The translations under genes were made by a program, and so were the position numbers. Below, one piece after another: positions 25,205 to 32,000 of a DNA stretch of 32,000 nucleotides. The stretch is from Halorhodospira halophila SL1 (GTDB lineage: Bacteria > Pseudomonadota > Gammaproteobacteria > Nitrococcales > Halorhodospiraceae): assembly GCF_000015585.1 (NCBI RefSeq), contig NC_008789.1, positions 1,710,001-1,742,000 of the forward strand, given 5' to 3'. The notes below the pieces were generated by a model. That model saw nothing but the letters and a program-made list of their open reading frames with translations. It made no database searches and was not told the origin of the DNA. Position 1 is the stretch's first letter, and every line of letters starts with the position of its first letter.

Positions 25205-25252
25205 TGGGGCGACCTCGCCCCACCCTATCCCCTCAACATAACCGTGGATAGG
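25205..25252. promoter_or_regulatory. two adjacent inverted repeats in the msrB / CocE-hydrolase divergent intergenic region
   Basis: TGGGGCGA-CC-TCGCCCCA (25205..25222, perfect 8-2-8) and CCTATCC-N15-GGATAGG (25224..25252). A TATATT -10-like hexamer lies at 25293..25298. Confidence 0.3.
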
Positions 25253-25331
25253 ACGATCAGCCACCCGGATGCCATCCGCGCAGGCATGGGGCTATATTAA
25301 AGGCAGAACATCCGCACAGGAGCAGCGCCCA

Positions 25332-27371
25332 ATGGCAGCCAAAGCGGTTCATGATCTGCCGAATGAAGTCGAGGTCATCGAGCACCAGTGGATCCCCATG
25401 CGCGACGGCACCCGCCTCTCGGCGCGCATCTGGAGACCAGTGGGCGCCGAACAGACCCCCGTTCCGGCCGTGCTCGAGTTCATCCCTTACCGCAAGCGCG
25501 ATATCAAGCGTATGCGCGACACCCAGATCCACCACTACTTCGCCGCCCACGGCCACGCCGGGGTACGGGTTGATCTGCGCGGCAGCGGAGACTCCGAGGG
25601 GGTACTGACCGACGAGTACCTGCTCCAGGAGCAGGAGGACGCTGAGGACATCCTGAGCTGGCTCGACGAGCAGCCTTGGTGCACCGGGGACGTGGGCATG
25701 ATGGGTATCTCCTGGGGCGGCTTCAACGCCCTCCAGGTGGCTGCCCGACGCCCGCCGCAGCTCAAGGCGGTGATCGCTGTAGCCGCGACAGACGACCGCT
25801 ACGCCGACGATGTCCACTACAAGGGCGGGTGCCTGCTCAACGACAACCTGTCGTGGGCATCGGTGATGCTCGCCTTCAACTCCATGCCCCCGGACCCGAA
25901 GATCGTTGGCGAACGCTGGCGGGAGATGTGGATGCAGCGCCTGGAAGACAGCGGCCTGTGGGTGAAACGCTGGATGAGCCACCCGCAGCGGGACGATTAC
26001 TGGCGGCACGGCTCCGTCTGCGAAAACTACAGCGCCATCCAGGTCCCGGTGATGATCGTCTCCGGCTGGGCGGACGGCTATCCCAACCCGGTCTTCCGAT
26101 TGGTGGAAAACCTGCAAGCCCCGTGTAAGGGACTGGTGGGCCCTTGGAGCCACATCTACCCGCACATGGGGCTGCCCGGCCCGCAGATCGGCTTCCTACA
26201 GGAGGCCTTGCGCTGGTGGGATCAATGGCTGCTCGGCGAAGAGCGGGGCATTCTGGAGGAGCCACCCCTGCGGGTCTGGATGCAGGATAGCGTGCGCCCG
26301 CGCACCCAGTACGCCAGTCGCCCCGGCCGCTGGGTGGCCGAACCGGGTTGGCCCTCTCCCAATATCCACTGGACCCGGTTGCAGCTCTCGCCGCGGCACA
26401 TGCAATGGCCCGGTGAGGCCCCGCCGGAGACCGACGCGGACAAGCCGGTCTCCATCCAGTCCCCCCTGTCATTGGGGCTGTTCGGCGGGAAGTGGTGCTC
26501 CTACAACAACGGCCCCGACCTACCCTACGATCAACGCGAGGAGGACGGCGGCGCCCTGATCTTCGATACACAACCGCTGGAACAGGCGGTGGAGATCCTC
26601 GGTGCGCCGATGGTCGAGCTGGAGCTCGAATCCAGCCGGCCAGTGGCCCAGGTCGCCGTGCGGCTCTCCGACGAGGCGCCGGACGGCAAGGCCACCCGCG
26701 TCACCTATGGCGTCCTCAACCTCTGCCACCGCCACGGGCACGACCAACCCGCGTATCTGGAGCCGGGCGTGCGCGAACGGGTACGGGTCCCACTGGACCA
26801 TATTGCGCAATCGTTCCCGCGCGGCCACCGCATCCGCCTGGCCGTTTCGACTTCCTACTGGCCCCTGGCCTGGCCACCGCCGCAAGCGGTGCGCCTCACC
26901 CTCTACCCGGATCGATGCCACCTGGAGCTGCCCGTGCGACCGCCGCGAGAAGAGGATCGCGGACTGCCCGCCTTTGATGAGGCCGAGGCGGCACCGCCTC
27001 CGGCGTCGACGGCCCTGGAACACGGCCACGGCAACTGGATCGTCTCCCGCGACCTGGCCCGGGACGAATCGACGCTGCACGTCATCGAGGACGACGGCCG
27101 GGCGTACCTGGAAGACGTCGACCTGGAGATCGAACGCTCGGCGGACGAGTGGTACCGGGCCCGGGGCGACGACTTCACCTCGCTGAGCGGCGAAGTCATC
27201 CATCGACGCCGGCTGCGCCGCGGCGACTGGTCGATCTACACCGAAACCCGCACCCTGCTCATCTGCGACGAGGGCCACTTCCGCATCCACGCGACCCTCG
27301 ACGCCTACGAGAACGGGCTGCGCGTCTTCGCCAAGACCTGGGATGAACGGGTGCCGCGGGCCTTCCTCTAG
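25332..27371 (+). CDS. CocE/NonD family hydrolase (S15 X-Pro dipeptidyl-peptidase-like)
   Basis: 679 aa from ATG 25332 (AGGAG RBS). Motifs seen: IPMRDGTRLSARIWRP, PAVLEFIPYRKRD, DLRGSGDSEG, nucleophile elbow GISWGG, plus a large C-terminal beta-sandwich region. Confidence 0.85.
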   Translation: MAAKAVHDLPNEVEVIEHQWIPMRDGTRLSARIWRPVGAEQTPVPAVLEFIPYRKRDIKRMRDTQIHHYFAAHGHAGVRVDLRGSGDSEGVLTDEYLLQEQEDAEDILSWLDEQPWCTGDVGMMGISWGGFNALQVAARRPPQLKAVIAVAATDDRYADDVHYKGGCLLNDNLSWASVMLAFNSMPPDPKIVGERWREMWMQRLEDSGLWVKRWMSHPQRDDYWRHGSVCENYSAIQVPVMIVSGWADGYPNPVFRLVENLQAPCKGLVGPWSHIYPHMGLPGPQIGFLQEALRWWDQWLLGEERGILEEPPLRVWMQDSVRPRTQYASRPGRWVAEPGWPSPNIHWTRLQLSPRHMQWPGEAPPETDADKPVSIQSPLSLGLFGGKWCSYNNGPDLPYDQREEDGGALIFDTQPLEQAVEILGAPMVELELESSRPVAQVAVRLSDEAPDGKATRVTYGVLNLCHRHGHDQPAYLEPGVRERVRVPLDHIAQSFPRGHRIRLAVSTSYWPLAWPPPQAVRLTLYPDRCHLELPVRPPREEDRGLPAFDEAEAAPPPASTALEHGHGNWIVSRDLARDESTLHVIEDDGRAYLEDVDLEIERSADEWYRARGDDFTSLSGEVIHRRRLRRGDWSIYTETRTLLICDEGHFRIHATLDAYENGLRVFAKTWDERVPRAFL

Positions 27372-27402
27372 ATCCCCGGATACCCGCGCCCCACCGGGAG
27401 GC

Positions 27403-28137
27403 TCAGACCGCCTCGGTCGCCGCGCCGACCAGCGCCGGCAGGATCTCGCCGGCGCTGCCGCGCAGACTCCAGTCCGCCACCGGGGTCAGCGGCGTCGGCT
27501 CGCGGTTAACCTCCAGCACCGGGATGTCCCGCTCCAGGGCCTCGAGGGGCAGGGATGCGGCCGGCTGAACCAGCGACGAGGTGCCGACGGACAGCACCAG
27601 GTCCGCCTCCCGTACGGCCGCCACCGCGGCCTCCACCGTGCCTTCAGGCAGAGCCTCGCCGAACCAGACCACATCAGGGCGAAGCAACCCGCCGCTACAC
27701 GGGCAACGCGGGAGCTCGGGGGCATCGCTGGCCCCATCCACCGCTCCCTCGAAGACACGATCGCGGTGGATATTGCCGTGCAGCTCGGTAACCTGCTGGC
27801 TACCAGCGCGCTGGTGCAGACCGTCCACGTTTTGTGTGACGACCCGCAGACCGCCAAGCTGGCGCTCCCAGTCGACGAGGGCGCGGTGCCCGGCGTTGGG
27901 CTGGGCCTGCTCAGCCAGGCGCCGACGCTGCGCATACCACGCCCAGACTCGACGGGGATTGCGCCGGAAGGCCTCGGGCGTGGCCAGTTCGCCGGGGTCG
28001 AACTGCTCCCAGTACCCGGTCTGCGCATCTCGAAAGGTGGGGACGCCGCTCTCGGCCGAGATGCCGGCTCCGGTCAGGGCGACAATCCGCTGCGCCCGGT
28101 GAAGCACCTGCCTCAGCCGCTTTTCAATATGCGTCAC
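27403..28137 (-). CDS. cobB: NAD-dependent protein deacylase (class III sirtuin, CobB)
   Basis: GAGISAESGVPTFRD, QNVDGLH, ELHGN, LRPDVVWFGE. Start at the second GTG (28137), 6 nt after GAGGAAA. Confidence 0.9.
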   Translation of the reverse strand: MTHIEKRLRQVLHRAQRIVALTGAGISAESGVPTFRDAQTGYWEQFDPGELATPEAFRRNPRRVWAWYAQRRRLAEQAQPNAGHRALVDWERQLGGLRVVTQNVDGLHQRAGSQQVTELHGNIHRDRVFEGAVDGASDAPELPRCPCSGGLLRPDVVWFGEALPEGTVEAAVAAVREADLVLSVGTSSLVQPAASLPLEALERDIPVLEVNREPTPLTPVADWSLRGSAGEILPALVGAATEAV

Positions 28138-28287
28138 GTGCGATTTCCTCACCAGCCATCAGGGAAAAGGTCGCGCAAGTGGTGTAGTCTGCGACGCTCC
28201 CTCCGATTCGACAAGAGCCGCGGGTGTCCACCACCGTCGGGGCCAGATCCCCTACAATGACGCGCTCACCCCGGAATGGTAGACGCT

Positions 28288-29502
28288 ATGAGCGAGATCA
28301 TCCTGATCAACGTGTCCGGCGAGGATCAGCCCGGACTGACCTCTTCGCTGATGGGCATCCTGGCCGAGTACGACGTCGACATCCTGGACATCGGGCAGGC
28401 CATGATCCACGACACCCTGTCCCTCGGCATCCTGATCGAGGTCCCCGAGCAGAAGGACGTCTCCCCGGTGCTCAAGGATGTGCTCTTCCACCTCCACGAC
28501 GCGGGGATGCAGGTGCGCTTTACCCCGGTGGCGCAGGAGCAGTACGAACATTGGGTGCGCGGCGCCGGCAAACCGCGGCACATCATCACCCTGCTCGGCC
28601 GCAGCGTGAGCGCCGAACAGATTGCCCGCATCTCCAGCGTGGTCACGGCCCAGGGGCTGAACATTGAGGACATCGTGCGCCTCTCCGGGCGCCGCCCGCT
28701 GCACCTCGAGGGGCGCCGGTCACGAGCGTGCGTGGAGCTAACGGTGCGCGGTCAGCCCGTCGACACCGATGTTATGAAGCGGGACTTCATGGAGATCTCC
28801 CAGCACCTCGGGATCGACATCAGCTTCCAGGAAGACAATCTGTACCGGCGCAACCGGCGCATGGTCGCCTTCGATATGGACTCGACGCTCATCCAGCAGG
28901 AGGTCATCGACGAGATGGCCAAGGCGGCCGGCGTTGGCGACGAGTGCGCGCGGGTCACCGAACAGGCCATGCGCGGCGAGATCGATTTCCGCGAGAGCTT
29001 GCGCCAGCGCGTCCAGCTCCTGGAGGGGCTGCCCGAAGACACCCTGGAGCGGGTGGCGCAGAGCCTGACGCTGACCGAGGGCGCCGAGCGGCTCATGCGC
29101 ACCCTGAAGGCGTTCGGCTACGTCACCGCGATCATCTCCGGCGGCTTCACCTACTTCGGGCGCCACCTGCAAAAGCACTTGGGCATCGATTACGTCTACG
29201 CCAACGACCTGGAGATCGTTGACGGGCGGCTAACCGGGCGGGTGCAAGGCGAGATCGTCGATGGGCCGCGCAAGGCCGAGTTGCTGCGCAAGATCGCCGA
29301 AGACGAGGGCCTGGCCTTGGAGCAGGTCATTGCCGTCGGCGACGGCGCCAACGACCTGCCCATGCTGCGCCTGGCCGGGCTTGGGATCGCCTTCCACGCC
29401 AAGCCGGTGGTCCAGGAGAGCGCACGGCAATCGATCTCCACCCTCGGCCTCGACGGCACGCTGTACCTGATGGGTATCAAAGACACCGACACCCCGGCCT
29501 GA
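28288..29502 (+). CDS. serB: phosphoserine phosphatase with N-terminal ACT domains
   Basis: MSEIILINVSGEDQPGLT (ACT) and the HAD motif I, FDMDSTLIQQEVIDE. 404 aa from ATG 28288; ATG 28276 is an alternative start. Confidence 0.9.
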   Translation: MSEIILINVSGEDQPGLTSSLMGILAEYDVDILDIGQAMIHDTLSLGILIEVPEQKDVSPVLKDVLFHLHDAGMQVRFTPVAQEQYEHWVRGAGKPRHIITLLGRSVSAEQIARISSVVTAQGLNIEDIVRLSGRRPLHLEGRRSRACVELTVRGQPVDTDVMKRDFMEISQHLGIDISFQEDNLYRRNRRMVAFDMDSTLIQQEVIDEMAKAAGVGDECARVTEQAMRGEIDFRESLRQRVQLLEGLPEDTLERVAQSLTLTEGAERLMRTLKAFGYVTAIISGGFTYFGRHLQKHLGIDYVYANDLEIVDGRLTGRVQGEIVDGPRKAELLRKIAEDEGLALEQVIAVGDGANDLPMLRLAGLGIAFHAKPVVQESARQSISTLGLDGTLYLMGIKDTDTPA

Positions 29503-29599
29503 GGCCGCCAGCCCGTGACCCCGGTGCGGCCTTCCGGCGGGCGCACCTCGGGGGCTATAGTGGCCGTGGTTGCTGCCATCCATCGCCGACGGAGACCCC

Positions 29600-30703
29600 A
29601 TGGCGCACCGCGCTCGCCGCCTCCTGGCTGCTCTGGTCATCGGTCTGGTCTGCGCGCCCGGCCCCCTGTCCGCCGGCTCGCCGGGGGGCGTGGTCGTGCC
29701 GTTGGTCTTCTACACCCCGGAGACCGGCGTAGCCGGCGGCGCCACGGCGGTTGCCTTCCGCCAGCGCACACTGACTACGGGTGCCGAGGGCAGCGACACG
29801 CTCAGTCTGGTCGGGTTCTATACAGCAGAACGCCAGTATCTGGCCGCCGTCAGCGGCCGCGCCTACTTCGCGGATGGGCGGTGGCTGGTCGCCAACAGCA
29901 CGACCCTCAGCGAGTTTCCCCGGGATTACTACGGGCAGGGCCGCCTCAGCAGCGAGGCTGACGAAGAGTCGTACACCCCGCTTCGGCGCAGCAACAGCCT
30001 GCGCCTGCAGCGGTGGATCGGCGGCCCCTGGTACGCCGGTGTGCGCTGGGACGCCGGTCGTTACGACCTGGAAGACGTGGAGGCAGGCGGCGAGGTGGAG
30101 GCGTATTACGAGGACCGCCGACTCCCGGAGGAGAACCGCCTGCACGGGCTCGGTGCCGTCCTCTCCCAGGATACCCGCAGCGGCCCGTTCTTCCCCACCG
30201 CCGGCAGCCGCACGGAACTCGCCGCAGTGGCCTTCCCCGAAGGCTTCGGGGCCGATCAGTCATTCAGCACCCTGGAGCTCGACCACCGCCACTATCTCGG
30301 CATCGGCGAACGGCACGCGGTAGCGCTGCAGTTCGTCGGCGAATACGCCGGCGATGACGCCCCCCTGCCCTTCCAGCCCCGGCTCGGCGGAACCAGCCTG
30401 CGAGGATTCTACGAGGGCCGATACACCGACAACGTGTTGCTCGCCGGACAGGCCGAGTGGCGATTCCCCATCGCCCGGCGCTGGCAGGGTGCCGCCTTCG
30501 TGGGCGCCGGTGAGGTCTTCCCGAGTCTGTCCGACGCCTCGACCGAGCACCTGAAGTACGGCCTCGGCGGCGGTCTGCGATACGTGCTCGTACCGGACGC
30601 GGGCATCCACCTGCGTCTCGACTTCGCCCGCGGGTACGCCCGGGGGGCGGCCGAGGATGGCGACGGCCTGGCCGTCTATTTCAACCTGGGCGAGGCGTTC
30701 TGA
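29600..30703 (+). CDS. Omp85/surface-antigen (D15) family outer-membrane beta-barrel, short form
   Basis: 367 aa from ATG 29600 (GGAG RBS). Signal peptide LLAALVIGLVCAPGPLSA. C-terminal GLGGGLRYVLVPDAGIHLRLDFA...VYFNLGEAF ends in an aromatic residue, as Omp85 barrels do. Confidence 0.7.
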   Translation: MAHRARRLLAALVIGLVCAPGPLSAGSPGGVVVPLVFYTPETGVAGGATAVAFRQRTLTTGAEGSDTLSLVGFYTAERQYLAAVSGRAYFADGRWLVANSTTLSEFPRDYYGQGRLSSEADEESYTPLRRSNSLRLQRWIGGPWYAGVRWDAGRYDLEDVEAGGEVEAYYEDRRLPEENRLHGLGAVLSQDTRSGPFFPTAGSRTELAAVAFPEGFGADQSFSTLELDHRHYLGIGERHAVALQFVGEYAGDDAPLPFQPRLGGTSLRGFYEGRYTDNVLLAGQAEWRFPIARRWQGAAFVGAGEVFPSLSDASTEHLKYGLGGGLRYVLVPDAGIHLRLDFARGYARGAAEDGDGLAVYFNLGEAF

Positions 30704-30779
30704 CCTGGCGCGGCGAATGGGCGCGGCCGACTGTCACGCCCGCTTGACGCCAGGGATCAGGCCTCCTTACTGTACCGTC

Positions 30780-31697
30780 ATGTCCGGGGCAGCTCATCCT
30801 CAGTCCGCGCGCACGCGGCCGCGTCTCGCCACGGTGTTCGAGATCATGCATCCGATCACCTGGTTCGCGCCGATGTGGGCATTCGCTTGCGGCGTCATCT
30901 CGGCGGGTGTCGCGCCCGAGGGAATCCACTGGCTCATGATCGCCGCTGGCGTCCTGCTAGCCGGTCCGCTGGTCTGTGGTACCAGCCAGATCGTGAACGA
31001 CTGGTACGACCGCCACGTGGACGCCCTCAACGAACCCGACCGCCCGATCCCTTCGGGGCGAATGCCCGGGCAATGGGGCCTCTACCTAGGGATCGCCACG
31101 ACGGGCCTCGCGCTGCTGGTCGCAGCGGCCCTCGGACCGGTGGTCTTCCTGGCCGCCTGCGTCGGCCTCTTTCTGGCCTGGGCCTACAGCGCACCACCGC
31201 TGCGTCTCAAGCGCAACGGCTGGATCAGCAATGCCGCCGTGGGTCTTTCCTACGAGGGGCTGCCCTGGGTCACCGGCGCGGCGATCATGGCCACGGGCCT
31301 GCCCGACTGGCGGATCCTGATCGTGGCCCTGCTCTACAGCATCGGCGCCCACGGCATCATGACCCTCAACGATTTCAAGGCGATCGACGGCGACCGGCAG
31401 ATGGGGCTCAAGACCGTGCCCGTCCACCTCGGGGCGCAGAACGCCGCACGCCTGGCCTGTGTGGTCATGGCCCTGCCGCAAGTGGCAGTGATCAGCCTGC
31501 TGCTTGCCTGGGATCAACCCTGGCACGCCCTGATTGTCGGTGGCCTGCTCGCCGCTCAGTTGCTGCTCATGGTCCGCTTGCTGCGTGATCCCAAGGCGTA
31601 CGCCCCCTGGTACAACGCCACCGGCACCACCCTCTACGTGCTCGGTATGCTGGCTTCGGCGTTCGCGCTGGGCGGCATGCTCGGAGGCAGCGCATGA
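30780..31697 (+). CDS. bchG: bacteriochlorophyll synthase (UbiA-family prenyltransferase)
   Basis: 305 aa from ATG 30780, FEIMHPITWFAPMWAFACGVISAG and NDWYDRHVDALNEPDRPIPSG (Asp-rich motif), followed by a PucC-family gene as in photosynthesis gene clusters. Confidence 0.9.
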   Translation: MSGAAHPQSARTRPRLATVFEIMHPITWFAPMWAFACGVISAGVAPEGIHWLMIAAGVLLAGPLVCGTSQIVNDWYDRHVDALNEPDRPIPSGRMPGQWGLYLGIATTGLALLVAAALGPVVFLAACVGLFLAWAYSAPPLRLKRNGWISNAAVGLSYEGLPWVTGAAIMATGLPDWRILIVALLYSIGAHGIMTLNDFKAIDGDRQMGLKTVPVHLGAQNAARLACVVMALPQVAVISLLLAWDQPWHALIVGGLLAAQLLLMVRLLRDPKAYAPWYNATGTTLYVLGMLASAFALGGMLGGSA

Positions 31698-32000
31698 GCG
31701 CACCCGACATCGGCTGGCTGGGGATCCTCCGGCTCGGCCTCGTCCAGACTGCTCTGGGCGCCGTGGTGGTCCTCACCACCACCACCCTCAATCGCGTCAT
31801 GATCGTTGAGCTGGCCCTGCCGGCGATGCTCCCCGGCATGCTGGTCGGCTTCCACTATGCGGTGCAGATCCTTCGTCCGCGCCTGGGCTACGGGTCCGAT
31901 GTGGGCGGACGGCGAACCCCCTGGATCCTCGGCGGGATTCTGGTCCTCGCCGCCGGCGGTGTCACCGCCTCGTTTGCGACCGCCATGATGGAGACCAACA
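31694..32000 (+). CDS. PucC/BCD-family MFS protein (Bch2/ORF428-like), 5' part only
   Basis: Absent from the ORF track because it is open at the edge. Hand translation gives MSAPDIGWLGILRLGLVQTALGAVVVLTTTTLNRVMIVELALPAMLPGMLVGFHYAVQILRPRLGYGSDVGGRRTPWILGG... The ATG overlaps the bchG stop (ATGA), with GGAGG RBS. Confidence 0.8.
   Translation, partial: MSAPDIGWLGILRLGLVQTALGAVVVLTTTTLNRVMIVELALPAMLPGMLVGFHYAVQILRPRLGYGSDVGGRRTPWILGGILVLAAGGVTASFATAMMETN

Noticed and set aside
30732-30749. PpsR/CrtJ-like palindrome TGT-N12-ACA upstream of bchG
   Set aside because: The sequence reads TGT-N12-ACG, so the right half-site is broken. It is a single copy with no second site at the usual spacing.

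Overview
High-GC chromosome segment, probably from a halophilic purple phototrophic gammaproteobacterium (Ectothiorhodospiraceae-like). This placement is an inference from four things: bchG plus a PucC-family gene at the right edge, an E. coli-like initiator tRNA, the E. coli-type mltD-gloB-yafS-rnhA synteny, and very acidic proteins. No transposase, integrase, CRISPR array or rRNA was seen.

The window splits in two.

(A) 1..11.8 kb looks accessory or poorly characterised.
- An exopolysaccharide-type cassette sits on two divergent arms. It carries the exosortase-A-associated hydrolase-1 / hydrolase-2 / acyl-carrier-protein trio and two paralogous ATP-grasp ligases. One ligase is fused to a low-molecular-weight tyrosine phosphatase domain. 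A GT4 glycosyltransferase completes the cassette.
- Next come an orphan GspN-like protein, a secreted helical protein and a sigma-54 enhancer-binding protein with no receiver domain.
- Then a 63-aa polyanionic lipoprotein, a PAS-GGDEF cyclase and two unknown membrane proteins.
- The region ends at tRNA-fMet.

(B) 11.9..32 kb is core housekeeping: glnA (with a textbook sigma-54 promoter and NtrC-like sites), a lipoprotein, HU, rnhA, a yafS-like methyltransferase, gloB, mltD, minEDC placed directly behind htpG (sigma-32-like promoter), ogt, an orphan AHAS catalytic subunit, msrB, a CocE/NonD hydrolase, cobB, serB, a short Omp85-type barrel, and the start of a photosynthesis cluster (bchG, PucC/Bch2-like).

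The most interesting signal is the rewired hydrolase/ACP/ATP-grasp/phosphatase cassette at 1..6204. Its fusion ORF has an anomalous poly-C-dependent 3' end. All family assignments come from motif recognition by eye and need HMM or BLAST confirmation.
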